Below are positions 16,621 to 39,000 of a stretch of DNA of 64,000 nucleotides, piece after piece. The position numbers were made by a program, and so were the translations under genes. The stretch lies in assembly GCF_009914755.1 (NCBI RefSeq), contig NC_060938.1. The stretch is one strand, 5' to 3'. The notes below the pieces were generated by a model, which saw nothing but the letters and a program-made list of their open reading frames with translations, did not search any database and had not been told where the DNA came from. The DNA comes from the human T2T-CHM13v2.0 reference genome, Homo sapiens. Positions within the stretch are counted from its first letter, which is position 1. The number at the start of each line of letters is the position of its first letter.

Positions 16621-17911
16621 TATGTAGATATAATTATTTTCTACAAATGGCTCTTACAGTTCCCAGGATGGCAGTAGAATAAAGAAAGGAGAGCAGAACT
16701 AAGGGAAGTTTAATAAGCTATCGGAGAAGGCAAAGGAATACATACAGGATGATAAAAATAGGGATATAGAGTAAAGGGATAATAATTCATCCATTTATTT
16801 GTTAATAAATGCTGTTATGTCTGCACCATGTAAAGCACTTTGCCTGGTGCTGAGATAAACTTCGCTTACATACTTTACTTGAAAGCATATCCATTAACAC
16901 TTATGTATATTTTTTTCTTCTGTGTCCCCTACTTTATAATATTTTCATGATATTGTCTCTGTTATAATTCTTTCTACTGTATATGCTCAGTTTATAAACT
17001 TCTTGATGTCAGAGGCCAAGTCTTATTTGTTTTAAATCCAGATAATATATGTTAAATTAATGAATAAAAGATGATTTTAAAAGTTCTCAGAAAACAAACA
17101 AAAATTAAAAAAAAAAAAAATAGTTCTGCCAGAACTGCTGTTTCTGAATTAGACCTTTCAATGCTTTGCTGTAATGTTTTTCTGGCCTTATCTTTTATCT
17201 ACAACCTTTTTTAGCGATCATCCCTCCTACTCACACCAGAAGATTTTAAGCATAACAGATTTGGCTATAGACTTAGCCTTACACTGGATTTGACAACAAG
17301 CAATAGTTTAGGGGAAAAGAAGAAAAGGAGGGCATGAAAAAAAAGACTGAGAAATATTGACTATGAGATACATAGTAGGAACAGAGGAAGTTGTCCAAAG
17401 ATTTTAGAATAAGTTATAAGGAATCTCTTTTATCTCTGTAACTAAGCCAAAGAGACTTTTCTGGGTACAAGAGATTTCAACATAATATTTACATTTATTC
17501 TTTTTGAGTATAAGGTCACAGAAAGCTTCAAATTTCTCACTTTAAAACTCAGAGGCTAGAAACAGATTTTGTCTATATCAGTCATATTTTAAGGAAGGAG
17601 GAATGGACTTCTTACATTTATTTTAGAGTATGATGCTAAAACCCGTGATTCTTCAGAGTAACAGTTACAGGACATTTCTCTAGAATCTTGGAGTGTTGGG
17701 TAGCCATTGTGGTTCTGCCTCAGGCTTGTGCCAAATATCAGTATGGTGTCTTCCTACCATGCCGAACTTTAGCCCATAAATGTTTAGAACTAGTGTTTGT
17801 TGATAGATTGATTTTCTGAAAGTATATAGATTCCAATGATGACATTTCTAAGTCTTTTTATAAGACTAAAGATCTGCCTTAGAGTTTGACGATGGCTTTC
17901 CATCAGAATTA

Positions 17912-19060
<1,149 letters not shown>

Positions 19061-19962
19061 ATAACCAGGCTTCCTTTAATGCTTCTTATGTGTATGGAAG
19101 TCAGTATTAATCTTTTTGTTAGTACACTTACGAAATGCACTAAGTTCTACAGATTATCCCCACCTATGTAGAATTTGCTTATTGATTTTTAAGAATCTCT
19201 GGCTTTACACTGAAAAAAAGTAGATTTAAAAATAAAATAAAAAAGTGGAACCTCAACGTAATTCAGAATCTTCTAAGTGAAGCCACTTGTATCCTATAGG
19301 AAAAGACATATTTGATTTAAAGTAGAAGTCGGAAAAGAAAACCTCTTTCAAGGTCAGGAACCTTGAAAGCCTCCTATATTAAAATATTAATTTTGTAAGG
19401 AAAAGCACGTTTTCCATTTATATAATTGGTAACTTAAGGGTGGAAATAAAAAATGGCTAACACATATACATACACAAAAGAAGAGGAATTGAGAATAATG
19501 CATGCAAGGGAATATACTGAATGGTTTCTTGGAATTGAATATGGAATTGAATATGTGATGAATGCGCACATGTTGTTTTGGAAAAGTTAATTCCTAGAAT
19601 TGATATCCTTAATTTGAGATAATTCTAAAGGACCTAGAACCATTGTAAGATCCAGGATAGTACTTTTCCACAAAGTAAATGCTCAATGAAACCTTTTAAA
19701 AAGTTGAACTATTAAATTTTTAAATATTTTAGTAGATGATATGTATTCTAATAATACATATGGGATTGATTGAGCAGAGTTAATATTTTAAAAATTTGGA
19801 GGCTTACACATCATAGCTGACATTACTCCTGTGTTGGCAAAAGGATTTGGAAGGGAATATAAGTGAAGAGATATGTCTAGTGTTTTCCCTTCTTGATTAA
19901 AAAAAAAATTCTTATCCTTTTATCTTAAATATTTTACCCTTCTTTTTCTTTCTGCTATTAAG

Positions 19963-20034
19963 GGAAAAGCTTTCAGCAGCAAAGGGAAGCCATGAAACAA
20001 ACCATAGAAGAAGATAAGGAGCCAGAAAAATCAG
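19963..20034 (+). CDS. PALS1: PALS1 coding exon (Hook), GKSFQQQREAMKQTIEEDKEPEKS
   Basis: pyrimidine tract + aag acceptor, gttaga donor; 72 nt phase 1-1; frame continues from SH3 exon. Confidence 0.94.
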
Positions 20035-20480
20035 GTTAGACACTTGTATTTGACATAAGTAAATGGTTTCTTGGGTCTTCATCTGGAGCCATGTGTGAAT
20101 CTGCATATTAGAACCGTGAAGAAGTACTCAGGGAAAGAGTGATACAAGAGGCAAAACTGATTATCTCAGAACTGTAAAGAAAGGATAAGATTTAAGTATT
20201 AAAGATTATCTGTCTATACTGTGTAGTTAATTGAAAATTGTAAATGCTTTCCTGAAAAATAGTCTTTATACAAACAGTGTAATAAGTATTTATAAAAGTA
20301 AATTAAAAACAAGCTGGGTGTGGTGGTTTGCACCTGTAATCCCAGCACTTTGGGAGACTGAGGCGGGAGGATCACTTGAGGCCAGGAGTTCAAGACAAGC
20401 GTGGCCAACATATGGAGATCTCGTTTCTGCAAAAAAATTTAAAGAATAAATGAATGAATAAATAGAGTTCTTCAATTTGA

Positions 20481-20630
<150 letters not shown>

Positions 20631-21906
20631 TAGGTGGAATTATATCTGAAAGGAGTCTAAACCTAGTCCTGTTTTGCACCTTAATGTTAAATATGTGCTT
20701 GAGAAAATCATTTAGTAGAAAGTATTTTCTTTTGGAATCCTGTGAGTAAGGCAGTGTTTTGAATTCTGGGGAAAACTGATACAAAAATTCAAGTACTATT
20801 TAGCATATGTAGTATTAAATTGACAGTTTCCTGTAGTTTTTTTCTACTTAAACTCTTTGCAAAAATTATACTTCTAACAAATTCTTACAGAACATACTTG
20901 AAGTAAAAACTATGTCCTCTACAATAGCTCATGTCACAGAAGCAACTCATTCCTGAGAACCCACTACCTGCTGGCTAAGTCAGACACACAAGAGAATTTT
21001 AGTTTTATTTTGATTGATTGCTAAGATTAAAAAGCTCGAAAGTTGTAGCTTCTCTTAAAATCAAAAGCTCTGATAATGTTGGGCTAGTATTCCTAGGTGA
21101 CAACAGTCTGCTGGACCTGAGTGATGACTGTTGCTCTTATATCAAGCACCTGGTGTCTAGTTTAACAGTCTCTACCACTCCCAGTGTTTTATTAACCCAA
21201 CCTGATTTACTGATTTTATTACCTCCTTAGTTTGTTTTTATGGGCATTTGAGTTTGCTACTTCTGTTTGGTTCACATTAGAAGCAACCCAAATAATAAAG
21301 CAAAGGCTTTCCTTCTTATGTAATTTATAAGGCTTTTCTGTCAAGAATTTGAAATATTTGGGAGCAGCACACATTAAACTAATAAAGATAAAACATTATA
21401 GATCATTATAATATTCCATAAAAGCTAAATGAGGTTTGATCAACTTTAATAAATTTTTTTCTAAAATAAATATCCTTTAATGCTAATTGACAGATTATGT
21501 AACTAAAAAGATTTAATGAGTTTTAAATTTTATCCTCTATATTTGTGATTAATATCTCTTTTATTTTTTGAAACAGACTGAAGTTAACTAGTCCAGCTCT
21601 AAGAGCTACTGTACTGTAGAAAACGTGGCAAATCTGAACCTTATGGATATACACACTGAGTCTATAAATTAAAATGCTACCAGTCTTGATTATACGTGTT
21701 AGAATAAACTCAGATTTTTCAGAGAAAATCATTTTGAGAGGAGAAGGAATTACATTTGCTGTTTATGATGATGTCATCATCATGAATATTTTTAAATAAA
21801 TAACTACAATTCATAATAACTGCTGTATTCCAGGGCAGTAACTATATGATGTTGTTCTCACAAACTCCTTGAGGTTACAGAGTAATAGATTCAAGTTTAG
21901 ATATTA

Positions 21907-22205
<299 letters not shown>

Positions 22206-22640
22206 TTAGATATTAAAGTGATTTGCTGAAATTCTTAACAACTAATACATGATTGGTTGAGCTGGAATTTAAACAAGTGTAGTTTGAGCTCCTGCTCTGT
22301 GCCAGGCTCTGTGCTGAGCATTGACAAGCCTAAGATGGTCCCCTAACCTCATGGAAATAGAGCTGAGGGAGTCTGACTTCACATCTGATGCTCCTTCACA
22401 GTCAGGAGAAGTAATATGAGTGAGGACTTGGCAGGCTACTAGTTATCTGCTTTTGTTCTTACCACTTGACAGCTCTGGTTTCATCTGGATTATGGGCTTT
22501 AGGAATGTTACCCCACCTGTCATAATTTATACCTCATTTTGATTCATGACTCTGGGTTAGCATTCCAGAGTAGAGTAAACATAAATGCAGAAAGTGGAGA
22601 TAGCATGCATATGGCCTGTTTTCAAGTTATACAACTACAG

Positions 22641-22871
22641 CAGGGGTATCCAATCTTGTGGTTTCCCTGGGCCACATTAGAAGAAGAATAGTCTGGGGCC
22701 ACACGTAAAATACACTTAACACTAGAGATAGCTGATGAGCTAAAAAAAAAAAAAAAAAAATTGCAAAACAATCTCACAGTGTTTTAAGAAAGTTTACAAA
22801 TTCGCATTGGGCCCCATTCAAAGCCGTCCTGGGCTGCATGCAGCTCATGGGCCACGGGTTGGACGAGCTTG
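22641..22871. mobile_element. MER30 hAT MITE
   Basis: CAGGGGTATCCAATC...GGTTGGACGAGCTTG, internal poly(A); 8-bp TSD AACTACAG/AACTATAG. Confidence 0.88.
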
Positions 22872-23344
22872 AACTATAGGAAAGTATTCCAGCTTTCTCT
22901 GATAACACTGGTTGTAGCCACTATATGTAAATGTCGGTCTATGCTAGCCATTGTATTCAGCGTATACATTATGTCTGATTCTTAAAACAACCTTCTTAAG
23001 TAGAATATTAATATCTGCATTCTTCAAAAATGACGGATATTACTCTTACTAGTTCATTCCCTGGTACCGCATCCTTATTCAAAGTATTGACTGCAAATTA
23101 GCTGTTTAATGTAAGAATCAGTATAATTATATTGTATTAGACATTCAAGCATGAATTTTTTATTTCAAATATGAAATGAGATAAAAATTAATAGAAGGAG
23201 TATTATATTGTTGTCTGATTCATTTTCATGATACCCTAGCAAGGATGTAATGACAATAAATTGTGCTTTTGTCTAATTTTGGGTGAAGATCTATGAGTAT
23301 TTATATCTTTAATACATGGCCATAATTTTGTTTGAAGAGCTTAA

Positions 23345-23584
<240 letters not shown>

Positions 23585-24105
23585 TAACTATATCATGTAG
23601 GGAAATTTTTTATTCATTTCATTAAAACACTGTTGTCAGTGAAAGAGGAACTTTAACCAAAGATTTTGACAATTTTTAAATTAAAAATAGTCATTATTAA
23701 GAAATTTAAATTTGTCCTTCAAGTATGTACTGATTATTTTCTAAACAAATTTCAGTTTGGGCCCCTTATAATTTCCTGTTCCATAGAGAATCAGTTCCTG
23801 CTGCTTTAAAGTGATACAGAAGATAGAAACTTAGGCATAATCTGAAACAGAAGTTATAAGATTATATGGTACCTAATCTTATGGAGATAAACTTTAGGAG
23901 AAGATGAGTAGTAGTGTTTTAAATGCAGGATGAAGTAACTTGAAGTGTAAGCATAAAATGTATTGAGATAAATATAACTATTACTAAGATACTACAAACT
24001 CATTTTTGTTCATTTTTCAATCTACAAAAAATAAAAACAATGTTAAACATGTAGGCACTTAGCATTTTCTCAGTTTATTATTTTATAATCTGTGTTACAA
24101 AATAG

Positions 24106-24417
<312 letters not shown>

Positions 24418-24597
24418 TGAACTTAGAAGGAATGTCATATAGAGTAATCTAGTGGAAGCTATATTTTGGTCCAAGAACAGCGCGACCTAATTAAGTTCTC
24501 ATACGGTTTTTCCCACTGATTTGCTATCTGAAATCACACAGGTTGCTAAATCTCTTTCAGTTTCCTCAGAGGGAAAACATATACATACTTACATATA

Positions 24598-24936
24598 CAG
24601 GTTGACTATCTCTTATTCAAAATGCTTGAGACCAGAGTGTTTTGAATTTCAGAATTTCTCAGATTTTAGAATATTTGCATATATATAATGAGCTATCTTG
24701 AGGATAGACCCAAGTCTGAAATTAAATTCATTTATCTTTTATATACACCTTATTTACTTAGCCTGAAGGTAATTTTATTTTTCCTGGGGATATTGAATAA
24801 ACTGTCTGCTCCTGTATTTTGACTATGACCCGTCACATGAGGCCAGGGTAACGTTTTCCACTTGTGCTGTCATGTCACTGCTCAGAAAGTTTCAGATTTT
24901 GCATTTCAGATTTTTGGATTAGAGATGTTCTGCTTG
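24598..24936. mobile_element. MER46/Tigger4-family MITE
   Basis: TA-CAGGTTGACTATCTC...GAGATGTTCTGCTTG-TA degenerate TIRs, ~340 bp. Confidence 0.75.
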
Positions 24937-25235
24937 TATATATGCTTGTATGTATGTTCTGAAACTTAAAATACAGTAAATATAGTATTGGTAGTACTTT
25001 AATTTGAGTCTATGAAATAATTTCCCTTTTCTGATTCCGATATGAGAAAAATTAGAAAATTTCAAGATTATTTTTATGGTTTAAATGCCATTGTTCAAAT
25101 ATTAACAAGTATCACAGTGAATGCTTGGTTGTATGAAAATAATGAGACCTCAGTTTCACTTATTTGGCAGACTAAGCAAAAGTGTAAAATTACTAACTAG
25201 TGCCTCTTAGCTTTCTATTTAAAATGATAATTTTA

Positions 25236-25498
<263 letters not shown>

Positions 25499-26325
25499 CT
25501 AATTTTAGAAACTTGGAGTTTTTAAGAAACTCCAAATGTTACGGAAAATTGTTTAATTTTTGTAGACCATACAGCTTTAGCATACGACTTTCCTTAATGT
25601 GGTAGAATCTGCTGCTCATGTCAAATTAGGCAACATAGTCAGTGGTCATTAAAGAGATGTACATAAAGGAGAATTGACTCTAAAATGGCTATTCTAAAAT
25701 AGTAATTAGGGATTTTTGTTTGTGTTTTAGTGGACAAATGCACTTAGGCTCTACTATTTCAATTATAAATTTTTGATTTAAGAGAAGTATACATGTTTTT
25801 ACTAAATTTCTTTAGAGTTCTTTATATTATTTGGGCAAACAGGTTTTTAAAATTCTTATTTCTCCAGAAAAAAGGGCTAACAGATTTTAACAAAGAACTC
25901 AGCATATTGTTTTAATCATCTTAATGTTTTTAGATAGCAATGGCATATTCCTATAATCTCCATTTTGATAGAGCGTGTCAGTTTGAGCACACACAGTCAT
26001 GCATTGGTAATCAAGTGAAAACTGCAATCTCCAGATTCAAACATAGTCTACTTTTTCTTGGATGTGCTTTTCTTGAATTGTCTTGCACATGTGAAGTTAT
26101 GTTCTATGATTTTGCTTATATTTAGTGTCTGGCACATAGTAAGGCAACTTGTATGATTCTAATTGCTCCAAAATTGATTTTTAATATGGTTATTGTAATC
26201 TGTATGTGATCTTATTATTAAAACTAGGTGTTTTAATATCACATAGTTGTCATCCTTCAGTATCATTCACTTACATTTCATTACATAAAAGAGCAAGCTA
26301 AAATTATATGTATATAATATGTATT

Positions 26326-26363
26326 ATATGTGTATATATATACATATATACACATATATACAC

Positions 26364-26401
<38 letters not shown>

Positions 26402-26402
26402 G
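26326..26402. repeat. Compound (TA)/(CA)/(TG)n microsatellite
   Basis: ~75 bp alternating purine-pyrimidine. Confidence 0.9.
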
Positions 26403-26457
26403 GCTTCACAGTATATTCTTACAGTGAATGGTAGGATCTTAAAAATATTGTGAATTG

Positions 26458-26764
26458 GGCCAGGTGCAGTGGCTCATGCCTGTAATCCCAGCACTTTGGG
26501 AGAGACCAAGGCAGGAGCATTGCTTGAGGCCAGGAGTTCAAGACCAGCCTGGACAACAAAGCGAGATCCTGTCTCTACAAAAAAGTAAAAAGTTAGCTGA
26601 ACATGGTGGTGCATGCCTATAGTCCTAGCTACTGGGGATGCTGAGATGAGGGGCCACTTGAGTGCAGCAGATTGAGGTTGCAGAGAGCTGTGATCACACC
26701 ACTGCACTCTAGCCTAGGCAACAGAGCAAGTCCCTTAATCTAATATATATATATATATATATAT
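26458..26764 (+). mobile_element. Alu (AluJ-like) with (TA)n tail ~60 nt upstream of a PALS1 acceptor
   Basis: Alu match. Confidence 0.88.
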
Positions 26765-26783
26765 CAGTATTATTAGGAAGTAA

Positions 26784-27032
<249 letters not shown>

Positions 27033-27689
27033 TGAGCTTTCAAACTGATTATTTTTTCTGTAATATTACTTGCCCAAAAATTGCCATGGTTGCCACTGGG
27101 TTGGACTATGGCAGCTTTCCAAAGTTGGGGCATCTACATTTGGTAACCTTTGAGCGTCTTCACATGGGTCTGTGACATTTCTAGGGAGATGTGACTGCCA
27201 CCAAAGTTATCAGCCAACTCTTCAGGATTACTGACTTTTCTCTGTAGATACTCCACATTTTCAGGGAGCCAAATTTGAGTGCTCTTGCTTTTCTCTTCTT
27301 TTTATCCCACTGAAACTTTATGTTCTGCTTTTTTTCTCCCTTTGGTCTTCTCACATGGTTTGGAACAGAAAAATTTTTTTAAATTATTTTAGATCTATGC
27401 TAGATATGGTTGAGGTAGTCCATGTCATATTAAACATTAATAATTGACTGATAACATGTTATTAATAAGACAGCATTGACTTTTTATTTAAATATGTAAG
27501 ATGGTAACTCTGTCAGGTGACTTACTGTATCAGAGTAACATGTTCTTCCTTGTTTTTTTTGCTCCATATTTATTAAATAGATCTACTTTTGAGAGGGCTC
27601 ACTCAGATTGCCTCATTTCATTGACTATGCCTTTAAATCTCCTTAAAGATAGTCATTAAAAGCATATTTACACTCCTTTCTTTTGATTG

Positions 27690-28331
<642 letters not shown>

Positions 28332-28906
28332 TCCTTTCATTCTTGACTGTCCACCACAACACATTAACCCTTCCTCTTCCTCTTCACCCTCCAAAATATC
28401 TTTTTTCACTCTATGTCTACTTAACATTTCTTAATCTATATGTGAGGTTAAGAAATGATATATATATATCATCCTACATGATGAGCATAATTCTGGTTGC
28501 TTTGTCTAGGCTAAGTAGGCTAGCTGGTTAAAGTAGTGCTGCACCCCTTTTTCATTTCCGCCATATACCTACAAATTCTTAAGTAACTGGGGTCAGAGTA
28601 TTTGTTGTCCATAGCACTTGGGATGATACAAAGGAAATAGGCAGCATGGTCACTGGCTGTTCTTGAGGAGGATCACAATATAACAAGAGAAACGAGATTA
28701 ATACTGTGTAAAATTTAGTGTCCAATAACTACTTTGGTAGAACAGAAACTCCATGGTTGTTCAAGGAAAAGGATGCGCACTAAGGACCAGAGTGTACTCC
28801 ATGCTTCCTGTTCAGCCTAATTTTCCACTTCCTAACATGCACACTTATTTCTTTTTAGGCTATCTTTTTTTCCAACAAGGATTTGCTATCATATGAAGGG
28901 CCATAG

Positions 28907-29505
<599 letters not shown>

Positions 29506-29604
29506 ATACATATTTTTAAAGCAGGAAGTTGATCAGTACCAAAATGTTTTAACAATATGCAATATATTTGATTTTCTAATTAGAACTTTCTGATTCTTTT
29601 ACTT

Positions 29605-30480
<876 letters not shown>

Positions 30481-30601
30481 TTACTAAATTGATATAAAAG
30501 GCGGGGTACAGTGGCTCACACCTGTAATCCCAGCATTTTCAGAGGCCAAGGAGGACGGATCACTTTTTTTTTTTCCGGGGTGTGGGGGGAAGGTTTTAAA
30601 T

Positions 30602-32839
<2,238 letters not shown>

Positions 32840-32966
32840 CTACTAAAAATACAAAAAACATTAGCCAGGCATGGTGGTGCACGCCTGTGGTACTGGCTAC
32901 TGAAGAGGCCGAGTTCGTGCTACTGCACTCCAGCCTGGGCAACACAGCAAGACTTGGTCTCAAAAA

Positions 32967-33005
<39 letters not shown>

Positions 33006-33468
33006 ATATAGAAACTAAGAAGATGATGGTGTTACTCACTGGATGCAAAATGTAACCAACCAGTTATGTAATTGTACTCTGAATCTGTTCTTCTAGTATT
33101 GTGAAAGAATGGTATTGGCATAAAGATGTGATTTTTTTCTTGTATGTATTGTTAAAGTCACAGAAAATCATCTATATTGTGGTAAGAGAGAATATATGCC
33201 AGACAAATGCTCTGCTGTCTGTCAGAAAGAGGAATAAAGACACAATCTGGAACCAGGAAATAAATAATAATAATAATAATTATTATTATTATTATCAAAA
33301 GGAATAATCAGACACTTTAGCAAAAGAAATAAGTTGGAGGGCATTTGTCTTTATTGTCTCTTTTCTATTTAATTCATTTCTTTTTATGCTTTCTTTGACT
33401 ATAATTTGCACTTGCTTTAGTTTCTCAAGATGAATGCTTAATTTTTAAACTCTTCTTTTCAAATGTAG

Positions 33469-34517
<1,049 letters not shown>

Positions 34518-35864
34518 TAAAACAGATTTTCAATTTTAACTCTATAAAATTGTGCTAAGAAAATGATGGCGTTACAAAATGTAACCAACCGGTTATCTAG
34601 TTGCATTCTGAATCTCTGAATCTGTTCTGCTAGTATGAAGGCTTGAGAGTGGCTATCTAGCAGTATGAACTTATTGTCAGTTTTGCCTAGTTCAGCTAAA
34701 AATTTTGAGCTAAAACATTTTGTTTCATCTTAGTCGTGGATTGTAATTTGAAAGAGAACTTCAGACATGAAGTACTAAATAAGTGATATAAGCCATTTTG
34801 GCACAAAATGGAATAACAATGCCTTAAATTTGATAAAAACTAGGTGGATTCGGGCTTTATCATTTTCATTTCAACTCCAATACCACAAAGTTTCAGTTCT
34901 CTGTGGAGTCCTAGAATGTTCTTCCAATAATCTTGAGCTTACGGTAGACATAAGTTTTAGCAAAAATGTCAGTGTGTTCAGTTACAGTGGTGAAGTAGAT
35001 TCCCTGCTGGGAACAAAGGATTCTGTGTGCCATATTCAGATGTACAACATTCCAGAATGAGAGTCATGCAAGAAACTGCCTCAGGACAAGCCAGAGTTGT
35101 CATATTTTTAATATGTTTTCTTACTGTTACAGAAGTTCAAACAGTTGAATGATATAAATTGTTTTGTACTATGGGTCCAATATAGTATTGATGTGTGACT
35201 TTTATATCTGAGACATTTTGTCTTGAGTTTAAGTTAGTTGTCTTCATTGGCAGGGGTGATTTGAGGTGAGTTTCACTTTCTTGAACCCATGTGCCTGATA
35301 ATTAGAGGGTTCAGGATAAGTTTTGCACATAGCCTTGCTGCCTGCTTATCTTTGTAAAATGGCCCTTTCCTTCAGTCAGTATTTTAAAGTAGGCTACTCT
35401 ATATAGTTTCCCAAACTCTGGTAGGATACTTTTAACTCTCTGCAGCAGATAGTATAGGGCAAGGGCTCTTTACTAGAGCCAAAAGTAAATGGCATTTTAG
35501 GTCCTTGCTCCAACCAGAAAGGTTCACTCCATATTACAGATGTTACTATTAGGAAGAGGTTATAGTGTCTAGAATGTTTGAAAACAAATGTTTGTAGGGA
35601 AACAGTGTGTGTTCTTGAAGCTTGTAGTTTTGTTGGTGAGATAAGACAAAATATGTGAAAACCTAAATAGTGGTATAAAACAGGATATATTGAGTCCCAG
35701 ATGGTTCATAATATGAGTCGTGAAGATGCCAAAGCAAAGGTAACCATTGTGGCCGTGACAGGGTTGGAAAGGAGCTCCTGAGGTTGGGAGAGACAGAAGG
35801 AAAGCTATGAAGGTCGCTCCTTGTTCTTTGGCCATCTCTGACTCATCCTATATTATTTGGTTAG

Positions 35865-36080
<216 letters not shown>

Positions 36081-39000
36081 AAGAAACATCCATTCTGTGG
36101 CATGTTGGACTTGATCTGGCAAAAACTGCCAATAGGAGGACTGCCCGACACTGCAGCAAGATTGAGGATAAGATGGAAGGCAGCAGTATAAGCTGTAGAT
36201 CTGTTCTTAGATCTCTTGAATTAGTGAGACGACAGTTCCCTTAGGCAGTTTGTGCATGGCATCCTTTATTCTCTATACATGGCTTTAGCGGTTCTTGCCT
36301 CATTTTGGGATTCTAAATGGAAGCTTTCAACAGAGCATTCCATTTTGTCCTGTTAAAACCTTTTGTTTTCACCTAAACCCTTTCTGCTTAGTTGTATCTC
36401 TGTGAAAAACTTGTATACACAAGCGTCCATGTCTCACACAAATATTGATGTGATTATTCTTAAGTGTTAAATCATTAACACTTAAATGACTTCATTGGGA
36501 ATATTGAGCAGAGGGACTGTGCTTCTATGCACTGGGCAAGGCAGTATTTGCTTAGGAAACTAATTTAGTCATCAGAGATACTTTCCTAAAAAGGAAAAAT
36601 AAAAAACAAAATGGTGCCACTTTGGGTTGAAGCTACTTTGTTAGGCTTGAATTCATTTATATGTCTTTTGATTCTTAAAAAAACAAAAAACATTCCATTA
36701 GAAGCACCAGTTTTTTTGCTCAGACTTTGTGGATCAGACTCTACACTCAACACACTCTAATCTACTTAAAGGTATACAAAATATGCTGATCTTTTTTAAA
36801 TTATGATTTCCTGAATTTTTTTCTTAAGTCGTCTCAACTGATTTACTCACTTAGCTTCCCTTCCCTCATCAGCATAGTATAATAGAATGTATGTTACATT
36901 TTTATGAATGGCAGGTGTTCATTATAATCTGTATTGACTTAAAAAGTTTCTTCCTCATGATGCTAATAGTTTTTTGTATACATGGGAGGATAGCACATTT
37001 GACAGTTTTTGCATTTTTATGTATGAGCACAGTATCCTATGACTGTGCTACGTATATATAGGTAATAAACTGGAATTCTGTTGATGAATATAGCTGCTGT
37101 ACTGTATATTAATATTTAATAGATCAACAAATGGTCATTGAAAACACTTGTTTAGCATTAGAATAAAATTATATATGTCCTTGGGAAATATTATGACAGT
37201 TGACTTTAAGATCAAAAGGAAGGGAAGACCTGAAAGTCATTTGAACATTTTAGGAAAAGAATATTGGAGAGAAAAAGGTATTAAATATATAGAAATAGGT
37301 TTTTAACCTAACAAGGTCTGCCTCTTATGACGAGAATGCAACAGCTTGGTAAATCATAAAAGAAACATTTAAGCTAATAGGATTTTCGTACTGTCTCTAT
37401 AGCTGTAGCTTTAAAATTCAACGTATATAATTGGCATGGAAACTTAATTTGCAGTCTTTTCAAGCCTTTAGGATAGTGTGATGTGTAACAAACAACCTCA
37501 AATGTGAATGCCTTGATTTTATTTTTATGGTGACTTTAGCTACAGCATTTCCTATACCCAGAGCTAAACACTGGAATAATACTGACATCATTTAATTTAA
37601 CATAAGCAATTATGTTTAAGGAGTAATTTGTGTCATGTACATATTTGATTGATTTTTTTTCTTCTACATAATTTTATTTGAACAAATGTAGACAGTTTAT
37701 ATGTCGCCTTTTTCTGTTCAAATTTGCATGGCCTATTAAGTTGGCTGGAGAGTGTTTTATGTGGAAATATTTTCAAGATAATGTTCCTTAGGAAGAAAAT
37801 AACATTCTTGGGTTGAGGGAAGGAATGCCATACACTACTGTCTCTTCAGATCTGAAATACTCCAGTTTAGAGCCAGGAAATTTCACAGGTCACACCGATT
37901 TTTAGCATTAAAAACTAAGGAATATACTTAGCACTTACTTAATCTTTTCAGTTTTCCAGTTTACGTCTCAGGAATGAAGTGTAGTCTATGGTTGACAATG
38001 GAGTTTTGTGATCCTGCTTATTGTAACTGACAACTGTTTTCAACTCCAAGAGCTAAACTATTGGCAGTTCATGTTAAGTTAGAGTGAGGGTGTAGGTAGT
38101 GTCAGTGAGTGGCTCTTGTGCCTGCTGTAGACATTAGGCCTGCACTAGGGCCATGTGCTGTCAAGATTCAGGAACATGGCTTTAACAAGCAGATCTTGTA
38201 TCAAGGCAGAGGTGATGCCATGCCATACTTTTAGGAAGTCTGAGATGATAAATATTTCAAGGTCAGTGAAGTCTATCAATCATTCTCCCCTTCCTCATCA
38301 GCAATGGTAGATAGAAATGTCCTAAACTTTTCTAAATCCTAGTGATGAGGATGTGCTGATATTCAACATAGTCCTTAAAGTGAAAACTGAGTTGTTGCTG
38401 ACCTCCACAAAAGAATATGGAAAAAAGCCTTGCTGTACACCTAGTTGTACAGCCACTCTGGCCAATTCCATTTCCTGTCCCTCTGTGGTTCTGACTGGAG
38501 ACCCCAGTGTGGGGGAGGTCTTACCATTTAATATAGAAATGATATCAATAACTAATGCTATGTACTTGGAAAATCCAAATAAGGAAGTTTTAGGTTGGTG
38601 CATAACTTTGTTTCTCAAATTTTCGTTGTCAGAACAAATGGAAGGAGAATATTATTTAGACTAATCCAGATTTGCTTTCTATGAAAATCTAATGTCTGGA
38701 TTATCTTCCTTTTCTCATGGCCTAAGAAATAAGGATCAATAAGGAATGATTTGAATGTAATTTTGTGAATGTGTGGAAAATATAAAGCAGGGATTTAGCC
38801 TTAATAAAGGTAACCTTCTGACATCTGTTGTTAATCCCCCTTTGTACTCTTTTCCTGTATCTGCACTGTTATTTTGAGATGTCATACTGTACACTGTATT
38901 GTAAAAATAAAAAGTAAAATTATATTTCAAATTTTAAAAGCCACTAAGCAATTTCTCTTGCTATTTGCTCGGCCACTCAAGGTTTCCACACATGTAAAGA

